This document shows, one piece after another, positions 18,971-27,763 of a stretch of DNA of 64,000 nt. The translations under genes and the position numbers were made by a program. Position 1 is the stretch's first letter. The number at the start of each line of letters is the position of its first letter. This DNA comes from Clostridiaceae bacterium (GTDB lineage: Bacteria; Bacillota; Clostridia; Christensenellales; CAG-917), in assembly GCA_031289315.1 (NCBI GenBank), contig JAITPR010000048.1:1085-65084 (forward strand), read 5' to 3'. Below the pieces are notes generated by a model that ran no database searches, was not told the origin of the DNA, and worked only from the letters and a program-made list of their open reading frames with translations.

Positions 18971-20182
18971 ATGAAATATATACTTGTTTTGGGTGACGGC
19001 ATGGCCGATTTGCCTTTGGAAAAGTTGGGCGGCAAAACGCCCTTGGAGGTCGCTAAAAAGCCCGCTACAGACGCCTTAGCGTCGAACGGCGGCGCGGTGG
19101 GCGTGGTAAAAACCATACCCGACGGCTTTAAGCCGGGCAGCGATACCGCCAATTTATCGGTTTTGGGTTACGCGCCCGCCAAATATTATACCGGGCGGTC
19201 GCCGCTTGAAGCGGTAAGCTTAGGCATAGACATGAAAAACTCCGATTTAGCGGTGAGGTGCAACGTGGTTACCTTGTCCGACGAGGAGGATTTTGCCGCT
19301 AAAACTATGGTCGATTACAGCTCCGGAGAAATTTCCACGGAGGAGTCGGGCGCGCTTGTCCGCGCGGTGCAAGACGCGTTGGGAGATGAGAAATTCCGCT
19401 TCTACGCCGGCGTTAGCTACCGCCATTGCCTCATAATAGGCGACGGTATCTCCGGCACGAAAACCACTCCGCCGCACGACATTACCGGCAGAAAAATACG
19501 TGAATACCTGCCCACCGGCGTGTATGCCGACGAATATATGCGGCTCTATAAAGAGGCGCACGAGATACTCAAAAATCACCCTGTAAACCGTGCACGCGTT
19601 GCCGCCGGTAAAAACCTAGCCAATTCGATTTGGCTTTGGGGAGAGGGCAAAAAGCCGGTCCTGGACCCGTTTAAGGACAAGTTTGGCAAGAACGGCGCCA
19701 TGATTTCCGCAGTGGATTTGCTCAAGGGTATAGCCATTGCGGCAAGCATGACCGTGTGCGAGGTAGAGGGCGCTACCGGCAACATACATACAAATTTCGC
19801 CGGAAAAGGCGCGGCGGCAATAGCCGCGCTAGAAAACGGAAACGACTTCGTTTACGTCCACATAGAGGCGCCCGACGAGAGCGGACACCACGGCAATGTC
19901 GAAGAAAAAATTCTTTCGATAGAGCTTATCGACAAGAATATAGTCAAGCCGGTATACGATTATTTTGTTAAAACGGGCGAGGACTTCGCCATGCTAGTCC
20001 TTCCCGACCATCCGACGCCCATTGCCACGATGACGCATTCTTCCGCTCCCGTACCCTTCGTGATGTGGAAAAAAGGTGTAAAACTGGGCAAAGCGCGGTG
20101 TTACGACGAAAAGGAAGCCGTGTCGACCGGTATATACTATCCGGACGGCGAAAGCCTCATGAAGGCATTCTTGTCCTTGTAG
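18971..20182 (+). CDS. apgM: Cofactor-independent phosphoglycerate mutase (ApgM-type metalloenzyme)
   Basis: 403 aa with N-terminus MKYILVLGDGMADLP, HIEAPDESGHHG and LPDHPTP motifs typical of the alkaline-phosphatase-superfamily iPGM/ApgM family. Confidence 0.8.
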   Translation: MKYILVLGDGMADLPLEKLGGKTPLEVAKKPATDALASNGGAVGVVKTIPDGFKPGSDTANLSVLGYAPAKYYTGRSPLEAVSLGIDMKNSDLAVRCNVVTLSDEEDFAAKTMVDYSSGEISTEESGALVRAVQDALGDEKFRFYAGVSYRHCLIIGDGISGTKTTPPHDITGRKIREYLPTGVYADEYMRLYKEAHEILKNHPVNRARVAAGKNLANSIWLWGEGKKPVLDPFKDKFGKNGAMISAVDLLKGIAIAASMTVCEVEGATGNIHTNFAGKGAAAIAALENGNDFVYVHIEAPDESGHHGNVEEKILSIELIDKNIVKPVYDYFVKTGEDFAMLVLPDHPTPIATMTHSSAPVPFVMWKKGVKLGKARCYDEKEAVSTGIYYPDGESLMKAFLSL

Positions 20183-20194
20183 AATAGAATTTTT

Positions 20195-20268
20195 GGTTAT
20201 GGACAATCCGCGTTGACGACTTGCTGCGCAAGAAAATATTTTGTCACTGTGAACTGTTCGCTCTCCCC
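20195..20268 (-). repeat. Family A element, copy 6
   Basis: GGTTATGGACAATCCGCGTTGACGACTTGCTGCGCAAGAAAATATTTTGTCACTGTGAACTGTTCGCTCTCCCC. Confidence 0.8.
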
Positions 20269-20278
20269 AATAAAATAG

Positions 20279-20325
20279 AAGCGCGGAATGTGTAAGATTT
20301 TATATTACCGCATTCCGCGTTCTTA
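20279..20325 (-). terminator. Family B hairpin (reverse orientation)
   Basis: GCGCGGAATG...CATTCCGCG. Read on the minus strand, ATAACCTAAGAACGCGGAAT matches the family B lead-in. Confidence 0.4.
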
Positions 20326-20530
20326 GGTTATAAGGAAGCACACACCGTGTACCTAATACGCGCGGCGCGCAACCTACGCAATGCGCAACGCATACATCTA
20401 CGAAGAGTACGCATCTACGAAGAGTAAACGCCTACGAAGAACACACACTTATAAAGCGTACATACCTACGAAGCGCGTGGGTTGAAACGTACAATTAACC
20501 ACAGCGCAATATTCGCGCCGTGTAACCTAT

Positions 20531-20552
20531 GCGCCGCGAATTGTCCACGCCC
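20531..20552 (-). repeat. Family A solo arm, copy 7
   Basis: Only GCGCCGCGAATTGTCCACGCCC is present. It lies in the 5' region of the LUD gene's over-extended ORF. Confidence 0.55.
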
Positions 20553-20589
20553 AAAAAATTCCGGCAGTCCGTTGTTTGAGGAGAAAAGC

Positions 20590-21291
20590 ATGTTTTATGA
20601 CGAAATGGAAAGGGAAAGGGATTTAAATAAGACGGTTGAAAATTTGGAGCGCAACGGTATGCGCGCCGTCGTCGTCGATACCCGCGAGGAAGCCGCGCGC
20701 TACGTGGAGGACACAATCCCCGCCGGTGCGTCCGTTGCCGTAGGCGGAAGCGTTACGCTAAAGGAATGCGGCATAATAGACTTGCTCAAGAGCGGTAAAT
20801 ATAATTTTTTTACTCCGCGCCCGACGGTCGCTCCGGACGGGACGGCGACGGTATCTCCGGAAGCGGCTGTCGCCAATTACCGCGCCGCCTACGGAGCCGA
20901 TTACTATTTGAGCGGTTCAAACGCGATTACCAGAGAGGGAGAATTATATAACGTGGACGGGCGTGGCAACAGAGTTTCCGCCATAGCCTACGGACCTCAA
21001 AAGGTGATAATAATTGCCGGTATCAACAAAATAGTGAAGAATTTGGATGCGGCGGTCGCGCGTGTGAAAACCGTTGCGGCTCCGCAAAATTGCCGGCGGT
21101 TGGGTATAGAATCCTATTGCGCGGAGATGGACAAGTGTCACTCGTTCTTTCGCGGCGGCGATAAAGCGGCGAACATGACGGACGGTTGCTTAAGCAATAC
21201 GCGTATTTGCTGTCATTATTTGGTATCCTCAAAGCAGTCCGCCGACGGCAGAATTACCGTGGTGTTGGTTAAGGAAAAGTTGGGCTATTAA
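20590..21291 (+). CDS. LUD (lactate utilisation / DUF162) domain protein
   Basis: The ATG at 20590 follows GAGGAG. The sequence has a LUD-like pattern (VAVGGSVTL...GSNAITREGELYNVDGRGNR). The track start at 20482 reads through a repeat arm and is rejected. Confidence 0.65.
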   Translation: MFYDEMERERDLNKTVENLERNGMRAVVVDTREEAARYVEDTIPAGASVAVGGSVTLKECGIIDLLKSGKYNFFTPRPTVAPDGTATVSPEAAVANYRAAYGADYYLSGSNAITREGELYNVDGRGNRVSAIAYGPQKVIIIAGINKIVKNLDAAVARVKTVAAPQNCRRLGIESYCAEMDKCHSFFRGGDKAANMTDGCLSNTRICCHYLVSSKQSADGRITVVLVKEKLGY

Positions 21292-21294
21292 GTT

Positions 21295-21367
21295 GGGGCG
21301 TGTACAAACCCACTGTGACGGCTTGCTGGCTAATAAAATATTTTGTCACCGCGAATTGTCTACACCC
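21295..21367 (-). repeat. Family A element, copy 8
   Basis: GGGGCGTGTACAAACCCACTGTGACGGCTTGCTGGCTAATAAAATATTTTGTCACCGCGAATTGTCTACACCC. Confidence 0.8.
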
Positions 21368-21411
21368 GCAATCAGTAGCAAAAAGAAAGAGTTATTCTAA
21401 AAGAGGATTTT

Positions 21412-23028
21412 ATGAAGACATATTGGTATAAAGAAACGGTCTTTTATCAGATTTATCCGCGTAGCTTTTGCGACAGCGACGGCGACGGAATAGGTGATAT
21501 ACGCGGCATAATATCCAAGCTTGACTATCTTAAGGATTTAGGCATAGGCGCCGTATGGTTGTCGCCGGTGTATAAGTCGCCGAACGACGACAACGGTTAT
21601 GATATTTCCGATTACCGCGACATCATGGATGAGTTCGGGACCTTTGCCGACTGGAAGGAAATGTCGGACGGGCTTCATTCGCGCGGCATAAGACTTGTTA
21701 TGGATTTGGTCGTCAATCACACCTCCGACGAACACCCGTGGTTTGAGGAGTCGAAAAAAAGTAAGGACAATCCCTATAGGAACTATTATATATGGCGCGA
21801 CGGTACGGGCGCGGATAAAAAGTCGCCTCCCAACGGATGGCGCGCTTGCTTCGGTGGTTCGGCGTGGGAATACGACGAAACGACGGGGCAGTTTTTCCTG
21901 CACCTATTCTCTAAAAAACAGCCCGATTTAAATTGGGATAACCCGAACGTTCGCCGCGAAGTCGCGGATATATGCAACTTCTGGCTTGATTTAGGTGTGG
22001 ACGGCTTCCGTTGCGACGTCATAACCTACATAGCTAAGAATTTTAAAGAGGACGGTTATAAGTCCGATAATTATACGATTGCCCAAAACTGGCAGGAATA
22101 CATCAGGGAGTTGCGTTCCCGTAGCTGGGATAATTACGATACGATGATTGTCGGAGAGTGCTGCGGCGCGGACGCGAAAAATGCCGATACCATTCACGGT
22201 GACGGCACGGGTCTGCTTGATACCGTTATCAGCTTTGACCACTTGCCGTGGTTTAGGCGGTACAGCCTTGTCGCGTGGAAGGGCAAGATGTCCGCGTGGC
22301 AACGATTAAGCGACAAGTGTTGGTGGAGCCTATATTTCGAAAATCACGACCAACAGCGCGCGGTGTCGCGGTTTATCCGACCCGGATATGAAAAGGACGG
22401 CGCCAAAATGCTGGGTACCGTTCTCATGTTTTTGCGCGGCACGCCCTATATATATCAGGGGCAGGAGTTGGGTATGACGAATATTCCTCTGTCGGCGGAG
22501 GAGTTTAAGGACATTCAATCCGTCAACATGCTTCGCGATGCCGGCTCCGCGATTGCAAAACGCAAGGCGTATAAGCATTTATTGTTGCGCGCGCGCGACC
22601 ATGCCCGTACTCCCGTGCAGTGGAACGGCGGTAAAAATGCCGGATTTTCCGACGGCGAGCCGTGGATGAAGGTTAATCCGAATTACATAAGCGTGAACGC
22701 CGAAGCCGAAATAAAGGACGCCGGCTCGGTTTTAAATTACTATAAACGGCTGATTGCGGCGCGTAAAAGCGTTAGCGGCTTTGTAAAGGACGGCAAATAC
22801 CGGGAGCATTTCTCAAAAAATAAGCGGTATTACTGTTTTACACGCGAAACCAAAGACGGTTCCTTACTTGTCGTCGCGTCGTTTTCTCACCGTCCCGCTA
22901 AGTTTACGCCGCCGTCGGAGTTCGATTTAGTGGAGGGCAAGCTTCTTATTTCCAACAACGAAGACGCAGATAAGGCGCTTGCGCCGTTTGTGCTGAAGCC
23001 GTACGAGGTAAGGGTGTATCAAATATAA
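21412..23028 (+). CDS. GH13 alpha-glucosidase / oligo-1,6-glucosidase
   Basis: 538 aa with the YQIYPRSF start and GH13 conserved regions DLVVNHTSDEH, GFRCDVI, VGEC and FENHDQQR. Confidence 0.9.
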   Translation: MKTYWYKETVFYQIYPRSFCDSDGDGIGDIRGIISKLDYLKDLGIGAVWLSPVYKSPNDDNGYDISDYRDIMDEFGTFADWKEMSDGLHSRGIRLVMDLVVNHTSDEHPWFEESKKSKDNPYRNYYIWRDGTGADKKSPPNGWRACFGGSAWEYDETTGQFFLHLFSKKQPDLNWDNPNVRREVADICNFWLDLGVDGFRCDVITYIAKNFKEDGYKSDNYTIAQNWQEYIRELRSRSWDNYDTMIVGECCGADAKNADTIHGDGTGLLDTVISFDHLPWFRRYSLVAWKGKMSAWQRLSDKCWWSLYFENHDQQRAVSRFIRPGYEKDGAKMLGTVLMFLRGTPYIYQGQELGMTNIPLSAEEFKDIQSVNMLRDAGSAIAKRKAYKHLLLRARDHARTPVQWNGGKNAGFSDGEPWMKVNPNYISVNAEAEIKDAGSVLNYYKRLIAARKSVSGFVKDGKYREHFSKNKRYYCFTRETKDGSLLVVASFSHRPAKFTPPSEFDLVEGKLLISNNEDADKALAPFVLKPYEVRVYQI

Positions 23029-23088
23029 AGCGTCCAATCGCATGCAAAAATAACGGATACGGAAGGGTTAGAGTATAACAGCTACAAA

Positions 23089-24213
23089 ATGTCTAAGATG
23101 TCGAAAACGGTAAATGAAAATATGCAATCCGATTGCTCCGGCAGAGTGTCCCCGTCGGATTTTTGGGCTACCGCTTTTGCGTCTTCCGCTTCCTCCGCGA
23201 ATACGGAACACGGCGCCTTGCCGAATCCTTCCGCCGTTACCATGTGCGGCGGGCATTGTGGAGAAGTGCTTTCCGAAAGCGTACAAGACAACGGAAACGC
23301 CGCCGTTGCGACCTCCGAAACCGAATTTAACGATGAAGCCGCGGACGCTAAAACGGAGCTTACTACTACCGCGCTTCCGCGCAAGAAACGCATTTGGGAG
23401 CTTGACGCGCTTCGCGGGTTTTGTATCATTCTTGTCATATTCGACCACTTCATGTATACAATTGGGCAGATGTTCGGTCCTCTTTGGTTCGGATACGACA
23501 TGGAAAGCGCCGCCGGTCCGCTTGCCGCTTTTTGCCGTTTCGCCGAGTGGTATTGGACGTCGTTGCCCCGTACAATCATTCATCCGATAGCGCTTTTGGT
23601 TTTTTTCGCGCTCTGCGGTGCATCGTGTACATTTTCACGCAACAATCTCAAACGCGGGTTTTTGCTCCTGCTCATGTCGATTGCCGTAAGCATAGTTACG
23701 TTGCTGTTCGACGAGTCGGTATTCATACATTTCGGTACCCTCACATTTCTTTCCTTCTGCATTCTGATTTGGGAGTTCTTCAGCCGCCTATTGGATTTCA
23801 ATAAAACCGTGAAAAAATATGCGCTCCCCGCCGTGTCATTTGTCTGCGCCGCCGTTGTCGGGATACTTTTTCTCGTCGCCCTGAAAACGCCCTTCCAAAA
23901 TGTCCCCGACGCTTTCGGATGGTTGTTCGACCCGTTCCTCACCGACGTGAAAACCTCGTTTAATTCGCCCGGAGAAATCATGGCGTTTATTCCGTGGGCG
24001 TCCTTCTTTTTTCTAGGCGCCGCGATAGTCCCCGTGATTTACCGCAAACGCGTTACACTGCTCTCCGCACTCGATAAAAAATGGCATAAACCGCTAAGCT
24101 TTATCGGTAGGCATACTCTGATAATATATATTTCACACCAAACTATTATAATAAGTATTCTAGCGCTTATTAGCTTCCTCTTCATCACCCCCGGCGATTT
24201 TTTGGTGATTTGA
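23089..24213 (+). CDS. DUF1624 / heparan-alpha-glucosaminide N-acetyltransferase-like membrane protein
   Basis: The RIWELDALRGFCIILVIFDH motif is followed by multiple TM helices. The low-complexity N-terminal ~100 aa and the lack of an SD make the true start uncertain. Confidence 0.55.
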   Translation: MSKMSKTVNENMQSDCSGRVSPSDFWATAFASSASSANTEHGALPNPSAVTMCGGHCGEVLSESVQDNGNAAVATSETEFNDEAADAKTELTTTALPRKKRIWELDALRGFCIILVIFDHFMYTIGQMFGPLWFGYDMESAAGPLAAFCRFAEWYWTSLPRTIIHPIALLVFFALCGASCTFSRNNLKRGFLLLLMSIAVSIVTLLFDESVFIHFGTLTFLSFCILIWEFFSRLLDFNKTVKKYALPAVSFVCAAVVGILFLVALKTPFQNVPDAFGWLFDPFLTDVKTSFNSPGEIMAFIPWASFFFLGAAIVPVIYRKRVTLLSALDKKWHKPLSFIGRHTLIIYISHQTIIISILALISFLFITPGDFLVI

Positions 24214-24297
24214 GCCCTTGTTCTTTTGCTACGCGGCAAAAAGAATCAAAAATTGGTGTGCGAACAACGCAAGCGTGACGCTTGACCCTGATAACCT

Positions 24298-24345
24298 AAA
24301 AGCGCGGAATACGTAAGGTAACCCTTATCGTATTCCGCGCTTTTA
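24298..24345. terminator. Family B bidirectional terminator between convergent genes
   Basis: AAAAGCGCGGAATACG-loop-CGTATTCCGCGCTTTT, preceded by GATAACCT. Confidence 0.7.
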
Positions 24346-24379
24346 ATTTATTAATGTTAATCAACAGACTGTCGGATTT

Positions 24380-24880
24380 TCAGTTACCTCCGCATGTCAA
24401 CAAATCCATGATTTTTTCGCATGAGGTGCGTATGTCCGCGTAACAAACGTCAAAATTATCCGTATACCACGGGTCGGCTACGTCGCCGCCTACACCCGCC
24501 GCGTCCTTTAACCGCAGTATCTTCGCCGTTACTCCGTTTCCCAAAATTCGCGCCATATTAGTCACGTTTGCCCCGTCCATACCTAAAAATAAATCGTATT
24601 TAAATGCGTCCGCAGAGTTTAAACGCGTCGCGTAATGCTCGTATACCGGAACACCCCTCTTTGATAACACCTGCAATGTGCCGGTGTGAGGCGGACAACC
24701 GCACTCCTCAAAGCTTGTCGCCGCCGATTGAATTATAAACCGCTCCGATAAACCGCGCTCTTCGGCAAGATGTGCAAAAACAAACTCCGCCATCGGACTT
24801 CTGCATATGTTGCCGTGACATACAAACATTACCCGTATCACATCTTTTTTTTTCAATTCGTCAAATAATTTTTTATTCAT
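24380..24880 (-). CDS. Low-molecular-weight protein tyrosine phosphatase
   Basis: 166 aa with the VCHGNICRSP P-loop (CX5R-S) and a distal DPWY Asp motif. Confidence 0.85.
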   Translation of the reverse strand: MNKKLFDELKKKDVIRVMFVCHGNICRSPMAEFVFAHLAEERGLSERFIIQSAATSFEECGCPPHTGTLQVLSKRGVPVYEHYATRLNSADAFKYDLFLGMDGANVTNMARILGNGVTAKILRLKDAAGVGGDVADPWYTDNFDVCYADIRTSCEKIMDLLTCGGN

Positions 24881-25039
24881 AAGATTTTTTTGTCTTTCAC
24901 CGCTTCACCTCTCCGTTATTCCGTCACTCCGCCGTTTCGTCATTAATCATTTATATCTCACGTCACTTTGTCATTTCTTGCCGCACGGCAGTTTCTTAAC
25001 GGGAGCGTTATCGACGTAATTCAAGTCGTGCGCGCGCGC

Positions 25040-25483
25040 TCAACGCAACATTTCGTCTGCGATTGCCGCAGATAGCTTTACAAGTTCCACGCACGGCAGT
25101 TTTTTAATTGGGGCGTTGTCGACGTAATTCAGGTCATGCGCGCTCTCAAACGTACCGCCGCGCAGTAATTCCCGACAGATTATCGAACCGCCGCTTCTAG
25201 CTTTAAACCGCTCAGCAAATTCTTGCACAAAGCGATAGTGTTCCTTTTTGGCGGTTTGGTCGGTAGGGTCGGCAAAGCCGTGCAGCATTCCGAATACCAA
25301 AGCCGCGCCGCTGACGGCTCCGCATACCTCACGCATTCTTGCCAGACCGCCGCCAAAGGATGACGCAAGCGCGGCAAGCTCACCTTCGCTTTTGCCCAAC
25401 TCATCTTTAAACGCCAGCACCACCGCTTGCGCGCAGTTATAGCCCTTTTTAAAATATGCTTCCGCAATGTGTTCTCTTTCCAT
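25040..25483 (-). CDS. C_GCAxxG_C_C family protein
   Basis: 147 aa from the internal ATG at 25483. The GYNCAQAV motif (C-[GN]-C-A-x-x) and later conserved Cys residues are present. The upstream 83 codons of the track ORF look non-coding. Confidence 0.65.
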   Translation of the reverse strand: MEREHIAEAYFKKGYNCAQAVVLAFKDELGKSEGELAALASSFGGGLARMREVCGAVSGAALVFGMLHGFADPTDQTAKKEHYRFVQEFAERFKARSGGSIICRELLRGGTFESAHDLNYVDNAPIKKLPCVELVKLSAAIADEMLR

Positions 25484-25725
25484 TGTCCCCCCATGTTGGT
25501 TTCGGTTGGCACAATTATACCACACAACCCTCTTACGGCGCAATAAAACACAGCGTGTTCGACTTTTATTACAAACGCATAAAATGCGGTTGTCCCGTGT
25601 AGGCTCTTTGCATATGTTGCTCCGTGTTTTGGGTACGGTGACTGCCGGCGTTATTGGCAAAAGGACGGGCATTTTGGGTAAAATGAATGCAAAATTCCTT
25701 TTAATAATGTTTAGCGCGCGTTTCC

Positions 25726-25754
25726 TTGACATATTTTTCGTAAAATGTTAATAT
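25726..25754 (+). promoter_or_regulatory. Sigma-A type promoter upstream of the DEAD-box helicase
   Basis: TTGACA (25726-25731), a 17-nt spacer ending in TGt, then TAATAT (25749-25754). It implies a 5' UTR of about 275 nt. Confidence 0.45.
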
Positions 25755-26036
25755 TCATTTAAATAAAATATAGTGTGTACGCGCCGGAGATCATATCTTT
25801 TCTTAAGCTTTAGGGAATCAGTTCTTATTCGGCGCATTACGACGGGCGGTTATTTTAGGGTTTGAACTCTGCCGCGGTCGTCGTGAGGAATGCCGAACAC
25901 AGTGTTGTCCGAAATTTCTATTCCGCATATTACAAATACCGTCCGTTATTCTACGCGGAGGGTTCGTTTGTTTTGTGCGTTGTGGTGCGGGTCGGCGTTA
26001 TCGGGGTGTTCCGCGCATCATAAAAAGGAGAAAGAT

Positions 26037-27245
26037 ATGTTGTTTTCGGAAATGAATTTATCCGACGAAGTCGTTCGCTCTGTTGAGCATAGCGGCTTTA
26101 CGATACCCACGGAGGTGCAAGAAAAATGTATTCCGGCAATCATGAGCGGGCTTGACGTCGTCGGGCGCTCCAAGACCGGTTCCGGCAAGACGCTTGCCTT
26201 CGGAATTCCGCTCATCGAGCATGTAAATCCGGAGCTGAAAGCCGTCCAATCGTTGGTAATTTGCCCCACCCGTGAGCTTGCTATGCAAGTGGCGGAGGAG
26301 ATGCGCAAGGCTACCGAATTTAAAGAAGGCTGCAAAATGACCGCGGTTTTCGGCGGCGCGGACATGGGCAAGCAAATAGACGCGCTTAAACGCGCTAAAA
26401 TCGTAGTCGCCACTCCGGGACGTCTTATGGACCACATCGGAAGACGTACTATAAAGTTGGACTTTGTTAAAACAGTGGTTTTAGATGAAGCCGACGAGAT
26501 GTTAAACATGGGTTTCCGTGAGGACATAGAGAAAATCTTGCGCTTCATTCCGCGTGAACGTCAAACAGTTATGTTCTCCGCAACTATGCCGCCGGCAATC
26601 CGCCGCTTGACCGAGGACTATATGGTTACGCCGACGTTTGTGGAAATAGGCGACCTCAACACGACAATTGATACCATAGAACAAAGCTATTTAAAGGTCC
26701 CAAAAGACGCCAAAAAGACCACGCTTGTCAACCTGTTTAAAACCTGTCAGCCCCAAAGCGCAATAGTTTTTTGCAATACAAAACGCATGGCGGACGAAAT
26801 TCGCCGTACGCTCAATAACAACGGAGTGGGCGCGGAAGCGCTCCACGGCGATATGCCGCAGTCCGCTAGACGGCGCGTTATGGACGCCATGAAAGCGCAT
26901 AAAATAAATATCCTCGTCGCCACAGACGTCGCGGCGCGCGGTATCGACATTGACGATATCGACTATGTTATAAACTACGACCTCCCGAACGACGTCGAAT
27001 ACTACATTCACCGTATAGGCAGAACGGGACGCGCCGGTAAGGCGGGTAAAGCGGTTACATTTATTACCGACCGCCGTGAATTGGCAATCTTGAATATATA
27101 CAAGAATAACACGCATTCCGACATCGCGGAGCATAAGCTTTCCGAGGATTCCATCGATTTTGCGCCGCCTAAGCCCTCCACCTACTACAAATCCATGAAA
27201 CGTCCCGGCTCTCTTAACCCCGGAGGCTTCCGCCGCCGCCGTTAG
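26037..27245 (+). CDS. DEAD-box ATP-dependent RNA helicase
   Basis: The ATG at 26037 follows AAGGAG. Q motif (FTIPTEVQ), KTGSGKT, DEAD, SAT and HRIGRTGRAG are all present, with a basic C-terminal tail. Confidence 0.92.
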   Translation: MLFSEMNLSDEVVRSVEHSGFTIPTEVQEKCIPAIMSGLDVVGRSKTGSGKTLAFGIPLIEHVNPELKAVQSLVICPTRELAMQVAEEMRKATEFKEGCKMTAVFGGADMGKQIDALKRAKIVVATPGRLMDHIGRRTIKLDFVKTVVLDEADEMLNMGFREDIEKILRFIPRERQTVMFSATMPPAIRRLTEDYMVTPTFVEIGDLNTTIDTIEQSYLKVPKDAKKTTLVNLFKTCQPQSAIVFCNTKRMADEIRRTLNNNGVGAEALHGDMPQSARRRVMDAMKAHKINILVATDVAARGIDIDDIDYVINYDLPNDVEYYIHRIGRTGRAGKAGKAVTFITDRRELAILNIYKNNTHSDIAEHKLSEDSIDFAPPKPSTYYKSMKRPGSLNPGGFRRRR

Positions 27246-27336
27246 ACTGGTTGAAACGAAGTTCATTTTCGCCGACCGCAAGGAAACGTGAAACGTTGGA
27301 AGCGCCATGCTTGTGTAAATCTAATTAAAAAACGCG

Positions 27337-27408
27337 AAAAAACGCGGTTTCTGCAAGATATGAGAATTGCCCGATATACGGAAATTCTCTTGCCGAAGCC
27401 GCGTTTTT
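27337..27408 (+). terminator. Long hairpin terminator after the DEAD-box helicase (family B, reverse lead-in)
   Basis: AAAAAACGCGGTTTCTGCAAGA..GAGAATT / GAAATTCTCTTGCCGAAGCCGCGTTTTT. Confidence 0.6.
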
Positions 27409-27492
27409 AAGTTATCCTAAATAATCAAATTCATAAAAATTTTGCCTTCATGAAATAACCATACGGCGTAAATCCTTAATATTTTATTCCAC

Positions 27493-27547
27493 ATTTATCC
27501 TTAAAAATAGCCCGAAAATATTTTATCACCGCGAACTGTCCGCACCC
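27493..27547 (-). repeat. Family A half element, copy 9
   Basis: ATTTATCCTTAAAAATAGCCCGAAAATATTTTATCACCGCGAACTGTCCGCACCC. It matches the right half of the long variant (copies 2 and 4). Confidence 0.7.
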
Positions 27548-27763
27548 TAAATATTTTTCGGTATAAAAAAGAGATTATCCGATAAAGAAATTCCTAAAAT
27601 ATTAATATCTACGGACTAATTATATTAATATCATAGACTTAAAAAAAGTTTGATGTTAAAATAAACGCATGCGGTTATATTTTAATAATCCTTCAATCGG
27701 GGGACATATTAAAAACGGCATTCTCCCGGCGCGCGGACGGCGCCGGGGAACGGGAGAGAAAGA

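Noticed and set aside
20482-20589. The extended N-terminus of the LUD-domain ORF as given in the track (start at 20482).
   Set aside because: The extra 36 codons read through a solo family A repeat arm (20531-20552) and have no RBS. The ATG at 20590 has GAGGAG upstream.
23068-23583. Two ~170-aa minus-strand ORFs overlapping the 5' part of the DUF1624 gene.
   Set aside because: They are mutually overlapping, have no RBS and are low-complexity. The + strand frame continues into a clear multi-TM DUF1624 domain, although its exact start remains uncertain.
25484-25732. The extended 230-aa version of the C_GCAxxG ORF.
   Set aside because: The upstream 83 codons are Arg/Cys-rich with no family similarity and overlap the divergent helicase promoter region. 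The internal ATG at 25483 gives a protein of typical family length.
27590-27763. A possible riboswitch (THF or purine-type) upstream of thyA-folA or guaB.
   Set aside because: I could not recognise any conserved riboswitch core. The only structure is a GC hairpin (CTCCCGGCGC...GCGCCGGGGA) near 27720-27750, which is not enough evidence without a covariance-model search.
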